Shown: in pieces, positions 1 to 6,747 of the stretch
How positions within the stretch are numbered: position 1 is the first letter of the stretch
Layout of the letters: each line of letters starts with the position of its first letter
NCBI GenBank assembly: GCA_049973735.1
Contig: JBMFJL010000016.1
Span: 1 to 9,660, forward strand
Length of the DNA stretch: 9,660 bases
Origin: Nanopusillaceae archaeon
GTDB lineage: Archaea > Nanobdellota > Nanobdellia > Nanobdellales > Nanobdellaceae
Reading direction: 5' to 3'
Notes under the pieces: generated by a model
Databases searched by the model: none
The model's input: the letters and a program-made list of their open reading frames with translations, nothing else
What the model was told of the DNA's origin: nothing
Translations under genes and position numbers: made by a program

Positions 1-1665
1 CATAACCTTTTTTACTATAGTAGCATATGTAGATGGTCTTCCCACACCTTTTTCCTTCATTAAGTTAATAATATCTGATTGTGTATATAGAGCAACTTTT
101 GGGACTTTCCTAGCTTTTGCATTTAATATTGCATAATCCTTATCTATAGGTTGTATTTTCATTACATTTAACCTAAATGGATTTACAAGATCCCATCCGT
201 GCTCTTTTATTTCTTTAATTCCAGTTATTTCTATTTCTTTTTCCAATATAGGAACCCTTATCTTTTGATAGAATTTATTTACTATTACAGATCTCATTTG
301 AGATTGTATAAACCTTGTAAATATCAAGTCATATATAATATAATGGTATTTTGTCATTTCTATTACTATGTTTATTTCTCCATTTTCTATAGCTTCTCTT
401 AGCTTATTTACATCCAATGGCCTTGTAGGCCTTATAGCCTCATGTGCACCTCCCTCGCCCCAAGTCCTGCCAACAAAATAATCCTGACCAAATTTTTCAT
501 ATATATAATCTCTAGCTATTGAAATACCAAAAGAGGAAACTCTTGTAGAATCTGTTCTATGATATGTTATTAATGCTGCTTCAAATAATTCTTGTAATAT
601 TTGCATTATTTTATCTACACTTAATTTTAATATATTACTTGCATCTTGAAGTATTGTACTAGTTATATATGGCGGTAAAGGTTCAATTCTATCTTCGAAT
701 TCTTTATATTCTAATATTTTTATTTTTTCTCCAACTAATTTTTTTATTATTTTTCCAGATGTTTTTCTATCCTTTATATCTGTATCTATATATAGTTTTC
801 TATTATTTTCTAATTCTATTTCAAACAGATATGATCTGGATTTGTTTCTTTCCTCAAATCTCCTTATTATCCAACCTAAAACTGGTGTTTGAACCCTTCC
901 AGCAGATAACCAATTTTTATTGAAATATCTTTGTACTATTTGGGATAAACTAAATCCTAACCATCTATCTTCTATTCTTCTAACCAATTGTGCTCTTACA
1001 AGATTTATATTTATGTCTCTAAGATTCTCCAGAGCATTTAATATTGCTGTTTTTGTTACCTCATGAAATTCTGCTCTTTTTATATTATTATTATATGGAT
1101 ATAAAACTAAGTATAAAGAATATGCTATAAATTCTCCTTCAGTATCTGGATCTGTTCCAATTATTATTTCATCTACTTCCTGAGCCAATTCCTGCAATGC
1201 TCTAATTCTATTTATCGAGTCATCCACATTAGTTGATCCACAATATGGACATTTTCCATCTTTGTATTCTGTAAATTGATTTCCACAATCCAAACATCTT
1301 TTTATAGTATTATACACTGGATAAAATTCTCCGTTCTTTATATCAATGCCATATAAACCAATTTCACTGGTTGTTAAATCTATAATATGTCCCTTTGATG
1401 CTGCAATTATTAGGTGTCTATTTCCAATAGATACCTCATAAACTTTTTGATTATTTATAATTCTTATTGCCGGTCTGCCAAAGAATGAAGAAATTGTTTT
1501 TGCTTTATTTGGAGATTCTACTATAAATAATGATACTTTCATCAAATCTTCCCTTCTTTTTTCAATTTTTCCAGATTTTATATCCAAAACTAATTTTCTT
1601 TCATTTTCTATTTCTTCCTTTAGTTTATCTATATCTACTTCAGAAAATTGCTTAAAAATATGCAT
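1..1665 (-). CDS. rgy: Reverse gyrase, topoisomerase half (Toprim + type IA topoisomerase domains), encoded as an independent gene. The C-terminus runs off the window at position 1.
   Basis: Manual translation of the minus strand from ATG 1665..1663 gives 555 uninterrupted codons down to nt 1: MHIFKQFSEVDIDKLKEEIENERKLVLDIKSGKIEKRREDLMKVSLFIVESPNKAKTISSFFGRP... Motifs present: Toprim ESPNKAKT (Glu codon 1516-1518), a Cys4 knuckle CLDCG-x12-CPYCG (nt 1240-1296), the DxD motif GTDPDTEGE, and the type IA active site LITYHRTDSTR (Tyr codon 562-564). An in-frame stop at 1723-1725 bounds the frame upstream and 1665 is the first ATG. The ORF track omits it because it is open at the window edge. Confidence 0.9.
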   Translation of the reverse strand, partial: MHIFKQFSEVDIDKLKEEIENERKLVLDIKSGKIEKRREDLMKVSLFIVESPNKAKTISSFFGRPAIRIINNQKVYEVSIGNRHLIIAASKGHIIDLTTSEIGLYGIDIKNGEFYPVYNTIKRCLDCGNQFTEYKDGKCPYCGSTNVDDSINRIRALQELAQEVDEIIIGTDPDTEGEFIAYSLYLVLYPYNNNIKRAEFHEVTKTAILNALENLRDININLVRAQLVRRIEDRWLGFSLSQIVQRYFNKNWLSAGRVQTPVLGWIIRRFEERNKSRSYLFEIELENNRKLYIDTDIKDRKTSGKIIKKLVGEKIKILEYKEFEDRIEPLPPYITSTILQDASNILKLSVDKIMQILQELFEAALITYHRTDSTRVSSFGISIARDYIYEKFGQDYFVGRTWGEGGAHEAIRPTRPLDVNKLREAIENGEINIVIEMTKYHYIIYDLIFTRFIQSQMRSVIVNKFYQKIRVPILEKEIEITGIKEIKEHGWDLVNPFRLNVMKIQPIDKDYAILNAKARKVPKVALYTQSDIINLMKEKGVGRPSTYATIVKKVM

Positions 1666-1940
1666 TAAATTTGTGATAAAGATACAGATACTATTTCTGA
1701 TCCACCAACTCCTTCTATAGAATTAACTTTTTCTATAAATCCTTCTTCATTAAATTCCTTATCAGGATATATAAATCTTATATATAATTCATTTAGTCCA
1801 AATGCGAATGGTTTTATCTCTTTTACTAAATATGTACCACCAAATTCTTTTATTATCTCTTTTATTTTTTCTGTAATTTTTTCTAAATCTGCTTCTGGAT
1901 CATTTGGTGTTACTTTTAGTGTAATAATTACATTTGTCAT
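1665..1940 (-). CDS. ef1b: Translation elongation factor aEF-1 beta (91 aa)
   Basis: MTNVIITLKVTPNDPEADLEKITEKIKEIIKEFGGTYLVKEIKPFAFGLNELYIRFIYPDKEFNEEGFIEKVNSIEGVGGSEIVSVSLSQI has the length and pattern typical of archaeal EF-1beta (IK/LKV-P...D-DLE...I...AFGL...EGV). I place the start at ATG 1940..1938. The track's start at 1961 is a GTG that would overlap the upstream Zn-ribbon gene by 20 nt. The TAA stop at 1667..1665 shares one base with the rgy ATG. Confidence 0.85.
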   Translation of the reverse strand: MTNVIITLKVTPNDPEADLEKITEKIKEIIKEFGGTYLVKEIKPFAFGLNELYIRFIYPDKEFNEEGFIEKVNSIEGVGGSEIVSVSLSQI

Positions 1941-1941
1941 T

Positions 1942-2115
1942 TTATGGTCCTTCAAATCCACAAACTGGACATTTCCAGGCCAAACTTAGTGCCCTCTCCC
2001 TATTGCTTCTTATGATCAGTCCCTGATTACAATTTGGACATGTGAATTTTACTACAACATCACTTACTATCAAATCTTTTAAATTATTCGTTCTTTTTAA
2101 CTCCATTATATCCAT
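1942..2115 (-). CDS. Small Zn-ribbon protein (57 aa; 54 aa if it starts at ATG 2106), resembling the COG2888-type Zn-ribbon protein usually found next to aEF-1beta
   Basis: Manual translation: MDIMELKRTNNLKDLIVSDVVVKFTCPNCNQGLIIRSNRERALSLAWKCPVCGFEGP*, with TAA at 1944..1942. Two CPxC knuckles form one Cys4 ribbon. From memory, the C-terminal CPxCGFEGP is characteristic of the family. It lies 1 nt upstream of the EF-1beta ATG, which is the conserved archaeal neighbourhood. It is too short for the supplied ORF track. Confidence 0.7.
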   Translation of the reverse strand: MDIMELKRTNNLKDLIVSDVVVKFTCPNCNQGLIIRSNRERALSLAWKCPVCGFEGP

Positions 2116-2141
2116 TTAATCTTATTATAGATAATCACCTT

Positions 2142-3080
2142 TTAAATTTTTTCTATGACCAATAGACACATTCTTTTACCACCATGATATATTATTAAAT
2201 TTTCAATAATCTTCAATCTATACTTTTTTATATATTCTGAAATATTATTAATAATTTTATCATACATTTCATGTTTATTATATAATAATAAATATAATCT
2301 GCCACCAGATTTAAGCAATTTATCAGAATGAAAGAATATATATTTGTCTCTTTTGCTTAATTTTTCATGATTTTTTATTTTAAACATGTAAATTTTATCT
2401 ATAGAATTCTCTTTAAATTTTAAATCTATCCATTCAAAATCTATTCTTCTAAATATAACTACATTACTTACCAAAGCTTTTTCTGAATTTTTTTCTACTT
2501 CATTTAATATATTCTGATCCTCATTAATACAGTATATTTTAATGTTGCTTGCCTTATTTTTTATATTTTCTAGTTTATCAAAAATATCTGAGTATTCTAG
2601 TATTTCTTTCTTTCTAAAAAACATCGGTGGTATATTTTTCAGAATTAATCCTTCCTCTAAGGTAAAAGATCCATCATCTTGTAAATTTATTATAGTTTCT
2701 CCCTCTTTTATTTTTGAATACAATAATATTTTTGATACTACTGTACTTTTCAATTTTTTAATCTTTTTTATTTCATATTTTCTATCATACAAATTTTCTA
2801 ATAGATATAATTTATATTTAAATTCATTATTGTCTATTTTTATTCTTAAAATATTTTCATTTTCTTCTTTTGCCAATTTATATATATTATCTATTGTTCT
2901 TGATAAATACAATAATTTTAATCTTTCTTCATCAGTCAAATTACATAGAATCACAATTTTATTTTTTTTATTAATTATTTGATACTCAAAATCCCTATTT
3001 AATATCAATTTTATTTCATCTAAGACTACATCTTCTAATCCCTTATCTGTAACACATGCTGTATTATAAATATTATTCAT
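2142..3080 (-). CDS. Divergent THUMP/COG0116-like (Trm14/RlmL-family) RNA methyltransferase homologue, with a shortened THUMP region and eroded SAM-binding and catalytic motifs
   Basis: 312-aa ORF. The N-terminus ACVTDKGLEDVVLDEIK matches the GLE-containing N-terminal ferredoxin-like domain of THUMP methyltransferases. NLYDRKYEI matches the family LHKRGYR element. LKSTVVSKILLYSKIKEGETIINLQDDGSFTLEEGLILKNIPPMFFRK aligns with the family pattern LKetlAaalL.lsgw..ge.llDPmCGSGTilIEAAl.a.niaPG..R. The C-terminal IIYHGGKRMCLLVIEK resembles the Trm14 C-terminus as I recall it. The comparison is against remembered family patterns, not a computed alignment. Confidence 0.6.
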   Translation of the reverse strand: MNNIYNTACVTDKGLEDVVLDEIKLILNRDFEYQIINKKNKIVILCNLTDEERLKLLYLSRTIDNIYKLAKEENENILRIKIDNNEFKYKLYLLENLYDRKYEIKKIKKLKSTVVSKILLYSKIKEGETIINLQDDGSFTLEEGLILKNIPPMFFRKKEILEYSDIFDKLENIKNKASNIKIYCINEDQNILNEVEKNSEKALVSNVVIFRRIDFEWIDLKFKENSIDKIYMFKIKNHEKLSKRDKYIFFHSDKLLKSGGRLYLLLYNKHEMYDKIINNISEYIKKYRLKIIENLIIYHGGKRMCLLVIEKI

Positions 3081-3093
3081 AATATTATTATTA

Positions 3094-3504
3094 ATGGACT
3101 ATAATTTAATTGGTCTTTTGTTGATATCTATACTCGAATTTGTGCTATCTTCGATTGCGTATAAATATGTTGAAAGAGATAGAAAACTGGATGAAGAAAA
3201 ATATAGAAGAAACATTAAATTTCTTATATTCTTTTTAGGAATTTTTATTTTAGTTTATAATATTTTTCTATATTTTAACAATAACTTTAATGATTTGAAA
3301 AATGTAATATTTTCTGTCTCTTTTTTCACCATAACTTCATATAAATTCCTTAATAAAAAATACAATTGGATAGACAAAATCTTACCAATAATTTTTATTG
3401 TCTTAATATTTTTATCTTACCTTCTTTCACCCAATTTTTTATTAGATCCAACAAACATATCCACATTAATGATTATTTTGATACTATTGGTTATGATTAA
3501 ATAA
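3094..3504 (+). CDS. Hypothetical integral membrane protein (136 aa, about 4 TM helices)
   Basis: Four hydrophobic stretches (LIGLLLISILEFVLSSIAY; FLIFFLGIFILVYNIFLYF; VIFSVSFFTITSY; ILPIIFIVLIFLSYLL, plus a C-terminal STLMIILILLVMI) are separated by Lys/Arg-rich loops (KYVERDRKLDEEKYRRNIK; KFLNKKYNWIDK), consistent with the positive-inside rule. I recognise no family. In AT-rich DNA, hydrophobic ORFs can arise by chance, hence the moderate confidence. Confidence 0.55.
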   Translation: MDYNLIGLLLISILEFVLSSIAYKYVERDRKLDEEKYRRNIKFLIFFLGIFILVYNIFLYFNNNFNDLKNVIFSVSFFTITSYKFLNKKYNWIDKILPIIFIVLIFLSYLLSPNFLLDPTNISTLMIILILLVMIK

Positions 3505-3545
3505 TACTTTTTATCCTAATAAATATCAAAAAGTTTTATTATCTT

Positions 3546-4151
3546 ATGGATGTAAGAGATGCTATAAAAGAGAGAAGGAGTATAAGAAAATATAAAAAAG
3601 ATGATATAGCCTATGAGGATATTTTAGAGATACTGGGTCTATCTATATATGCTCCAAATGCTGGTAATATACCACATTACTATTTTATAATTGTTAAAGA
3701 TCCTGAAAAAATAGAAAAAATATCTAAAATTGCAGATCAAGATTTTATTAAAGATGCAAATACGATAATAGTAATAGTTTCTGACGATAATAAATTAAAA
3801 TATTTTCATGGAGATATGGGAAAAATATATGCTATACAAGATACTGCAGCAATAGCACAAAACATATTATTATTAGCTACTGATAAAAATATCGGATCTT
3901 GTTGGATTGGAAAATTTAATGAAGATGAGATAAAGAAATTGTTGGAAATACCAAAGGATTATAGCGTACATCTATTAATAACTTTGGGATATCCGGATGA
4001 AAAACCTCCAAAACCAAATAAACCAAATTTATCAGAGATAGCGTTTTTTGAAAGATGGGGAAATAAAGTATATAAACCTTCCTATTATCCTCTCATGTCA
4101 AACCTAAAACAAATAATAAATTATATAAAAAGGGTCTTTGAAAAACCCTAG
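3546..4151 (+). CDS. Nitroreductase-family (FMN-dependent NAD(P)H oxidoreductase-like) protein, 201 aa
   Basis: It starts MDVRDAIKERRSIRKYKKDDI..., carrying the hallmark RRSIRK[YF] motif. This is followed by APNAGN...FIIVKD, IQDTAAIAQNILLLATDKNIGSCWIG and LLITLGYPDE, the standard nitroreductase fold pattern. The usual N-x-QPW segment reads NIPHYY here. Confidence 0.85.
   Translation: MDVRDAIKERRSIRKYKKDDIAYEDILEILGLSIYAPNAGNIPHYYFIIVKDPEKIEKISKIADQDFIKDANTIIVIVSDDNKLKYFHGDMGKIYAIQDTAAIAQNILLLATDKNIGSCWIGKFNEDEIKKLLEIPKDYSVHLLITLGYPDEKPPKPNKPNLSEIAFFERWGNKVYKPSYYPLMSNLKQIINYIKRVFEKP
4131..4149. terminator. Candidate bidirectional terminator: a small hairpin flanked by oligo-T on both strands at the convergent gene junction
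   Basis: AGGGT (4131-4135) and ACCCT (4145-4149) form a 5-bp stem with a 9-nt loop. On the plus strand a T6 run follows at 4163-4168. On the minus strand the sequence reads AGGGTTTTTCAAAGACCCTTTTTAT, with T5 in the loop and T5 after the stem. Archaeal termination at oligo-T tracts is established knowledge. The stem is short, so confidence is low. Confidence 0.3.
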
Positions 4152-4153
4152 GA

Positions 4154-4987
4154 TTAAATTAGTTTTTTATCTATTAATGATTTTTGTCCAGGAACCAATG
4201 TAGGTATTATACTCTCTATCATTTGATCTATAAATCTCGCCAGAGCAGGAGCATATAACCATACAGCAACATCCAAAGAAGATACTACTTCTCTTTCATC
4301 AAACAACATCATCAATACTTCTTCTGAATCTACTGTTATAACTCTTCCCCTAAACTTTCCTGCATCATATATTTCTACATAATTTAACATTTCTTGTATA
4401 TACTTTGCATTTTCCTCATTTATTGGGGTAATTATTCTAACTGGAACATTTCTCTCTTTTAATTCCATGAAAACTGGTTTTAGTACCATTGCATTTCTTA
4501 CAAAAGTTAACTCTGTAGTAACAATATTTACCTGTTTTTCAGCTTCTTTTAACATTGATTCCAAATGACTTATTATATTTTGTTGTCCTCTTAAGGCACC
4601 AGATTTTTCAGATATATCTATATTTCCATAACCAGCTTTATGTATTGCTTCTAATTCGCTAATCAAAGTAGATCCTCTTAATTTTTCTAATTCATTAATT
4701 TTTTTGAGCATATTTTCCTGATATCTATTTTTAACTCTCTCTACTACTTCGTTTGGTGGTATTGCTAAATATTTAATTGGTTTTCCTAATTTCATGATAA
4801 CAAATCCCTTCTTTTCTAAAGATTCTAGGACATCGTATGCCCTAGATCTTGGTACATCTGCCAAATCTGCCAATTCCCCAGCAGTAGCTACTCCTTTCGA
4901 TAATAAAGCTAACCATATACGAGCTTCATACGTATTCAAGTTAAAAGCTGACTTTATCTTGTTAACCAACTCCTCATTAATAACCAT
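4154..4987 (-). CDS. TrmB-family transcriptional regulator (winged HTH + TrmB-type C-terminal domain), 277 aa
   Basis: The N-terminus LNTYEARIWLALLSKGVATAGELADLADVPRSRAYDVLESLEKKGFV is the canonical TrmB wHTH (YEA..Y..LL..G..TA.ElA....VPR.RvYdvL..Le.KGfv). It is followed by a coiled linker and a roughly 150-aa C-terminal domain. The size is closer to TrmBL2-type proteins than to sugar-sensing TrmB. Confidence 0.85.
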   Translation of the reverse strand: MVINEELVNKIKSAFNLNTYEARIWLALLSKGVATAGELADLADVPRSRAYDVLESLEKKGFVIMKLGKPIKYLAIPPNEVVERVKNRYQENMLKKINELEKLRGSTLISELEAIHKAGYGNIDISEKSGALRGQQNIISHLESMLKEAEKQVNIVTTELTFVRNAMVLKPVFMELKERNVPVRIITPINEENAKYIQEMLNYVEIYDAGKFRGRVITVDSEEVLMMLFDEREVVSSLDVAVWLYAPALARFIDQMIESIIPTLVPGQKSLIDKKLI

Positions 4988-5021
4988 ATAATAATAATAA
5001 AGCTTAATATTTTAAAAATAA

Positions 5022-6716
5022 TTATCCTTTTTGATTTTCATATAGGTTCTCCAATCTGTCTATAGTATCGATATCTTCAGGAGATTTGTCTGGTCTGAGC
5101 CTTACGAACCTTGGAAATCTTAAAGCATAGCCTGAAGAGTATTTGGGGCTTTTTTGTATTTCATCATATAATACTTCTATTACTATTTTGGGTTTTATTT
5201 TTACAAATTTACCTTCCTGCTTTTCTATGAACGGTTTCAACATTTCTGTCATCTCTTCGAATGTTACATCTTCTGGAGATTCTTTCTTTTCCTTAAATCC
5301 ACTTCCAACTTCTCCTACATCTAAAAATCTACCAGTTTCTTCATCCCTTACAGCTACTACAAAAGAAGTTAGCCAACCACTTCTTTTTCCTTCACCCCAC
5401 TCAGCACCTGTTATTACTACATCTAATGATTCTTTAACTGGTTTTAATTTTACCATATAACCAACCCTCCTACCAGGTCTATATTCTGCATCCAATTTCT
5501 TAAACATTACTCCCTCCAACCCGTTTTTTATAGCCTCTTCGAAAAATCTCTGAGCCTCTTCTTCTGAAGATGTTACAATACTTTCTGCTAAAGAAATCTT
5601 ATTTGGATCTGGATTCACAATCTTCTCCAATATTTCCCTTCTTTTTCTAAATGGCACATTTATCAAAGATTTATCTTCATAATATAATATATCAAATAAT
5701 CTAACTACTACTGGTATTTCTTTTATCATTTTTTCTATATCATATTTTCTTTTTATCCTTTGAGATATCATCTGAAATGGCAAATATTTTTTATTTTCTT
5801 TGTCATAACCAACTATTTCCCCTTCCACTAAGAAATCTTTATCATTAGGTAAACATTCCCTTACAAATTGAACTACATCAATAAATTGTTTTGTAACATT
5901 TTCTAACCTTCTTGTCCATAAAAGTATTTGATCTCCCTTCTTATGTATTTGTACCCTAAAACCATCATATTTATATTCAACCTGTGCAGGTCTTCCAACA
6001 ATATCCAATGCTTCCGATACACTTTCCGCCTTTATAGCAAGCATTACTTTTACCGGATTTCCAAGTATTGGTTCTATTTTGTATACATAATCTTTTCCTT
6101 TTTCTAATATTTCTCTTACAAGTTTTCCAAAATCATTCAATATTGCATATGCTATTTCTACATTTTCTGATGGTAAAGAAAAGGCATATGCTATTGACTC
6201 TATTATTATTCCTTCTCCAACCCCTATCTTTAAATCTTCCAGCGCCAATCTTGCTATATATCTTGCTTCTATAGGAGATGAAGATATAAACAAATTTGCC
6301 AAGTATTTTATTTTTTTATCTTGTGACCCTTCACCTTCTAATTCTCCTATTAATCTAAAAGTATTATAGACATCTTTTACAGTCAATTTTTTGGAAAATA
6401 TTACTTTTTGTTTTTTCTCGGATACTAATTTCTCAGCAACTAAACCGAGATCTCCCAATTTCACAAACAAATTTTCTATATAGCTTTTATCATATCCTGT
6501 TGCGATAGATAATGCTTTAATCACAGATTTTTCGGCAACTCCTACTTTTTTATCCTCCCATGGATAATATATCATGCCTTGGATAAGTAAAAAGGTTTCC
6601 TTTAATGAATCTTTGTCTATTTCTTTGATGAAACGACCCAATATTTCTATTTTTATATTTTTTTCAGATGTAGATTCTAATTTTTTAAAAATTTGAGCTA
6701 ACTTTTCAAATTCCAT
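5022..6716 (-). CDS. lig: ATP-dependent DNA ligase (564 aa)
   Basis: All nucleotidyltransferase motifs are present: motif I EYKYDGFRVQIH (adenylated Lys), motif III FLVEGEIVGY, motif IV EGVMFKKL, motif V YMVKLKP, and motif VI in the OB domain LRFPRFVRLRPDK. There is also an N-terminal DNA-binding domain of normal length. Confidence 0.95.
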   Translation of the reverse strand: MEFEKLAQIFKKLESTSEKNIKIEILGRFIKEIDKDSLKETFLLIQGMIYYPWEDKKVGVAEKSVIKALSIATGYDKSYIENLFVKLGDLGLVAEKLVSEKKQKVIFSKKLTVKDVYNTFRLIGELEGEGSQDKKIKYLANLFISSSPIEARYIARLALEDLKIGVGEGIIIESIAYAFSLPSENVEIAYAILNDFGKLVREILEKGKDYVYKIEPILGNPVKVMLAIKAESVSEALDIVGRPAQVEYKYDGFRVQIHKKGDQILLWTRRLENVTKQFIDVVQFVRECLPNDKDFLVEGEIVGYDKENKKYLPFQMISQRIKRKYDIEKMIKEIPVVVRLFDILYYEDKSLINVPFRKRREILEKIVNPDPNKISLAESIVTSSEEEAQRFFEEAIKNGLEGVMFKKLDAEYRPGRRVGYMVKLKPVKESLDVVITGAEWGEGKRSGWLTSFVVAVRDEETGRFLDVGEVGSGFKEKKESPEDVTFEEMTEMLKPFIEKQEGKFVKIKPKIVIEVLYDEIQKSPKYSSGYALRFPRFVRLRPDKSPEDIDTIDRLENLYENQKG

Positions 6717-6747
6717 AAAAATATATTAAAAATAAAAAATAAAAAGA

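Noticed and set aside
199-923. Plus-strand ORFs 199-402 and 669-923 from the track
   Set aside because: Both lie antisense to the well-supported reverse gyrase topoisomerase frame. Their products are F/Y/I/L-rich and low-complexity, as expected from reading AT-rich coding DNA backwards.
1941-1961. EF-1beta start at 1961 as given by the ORF track
   Set aside because: That start codon is GTG. It would add MDLKDHK and overlap the Zn-ribbon gene's last 20 nt. ATG 1940 gives the canonical aEF-1beta N-terminus (MTNVIITLKV) and length.
2134-2140. AGGTGAT (minus strand), a perfect anti-16S Shine-Dalgarno-like heptamer upstream of the Zn-ribbon gene
   Set aside because: It lies 18 nt from ATG 2115 and 27 nt from ATG 2106, too far for SD function. 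No alternative start codon follows it at 5-10 nt, and no other gene in the window shows an SD.
2616-2636. NIPPMFF in the 312-aa protein as a possible displaced NPPY/F catalytic motif IV
   Set aside because: Its position directly after motif I matches the conserved niaPG..R segment of COG0116-family proteins, not motif IV. It also has an Ile inserted between N and PP.
2542-2982. Plus-strand 146-aa ORF
   Set aside because: It is antisense to the 312-aa THUMP-like gene and has an F/S/I/L low-complexity product with no motifs.
4794-6274. Plus-strand ORFs 4794-4991, 5143-5460 and 6068-6274
   Set aside because: They are antisense to the TrmB-family and DNA ligase genes, both of which have strong motif support. 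The products are Ser/Phe/Leu-rich with no motifs.
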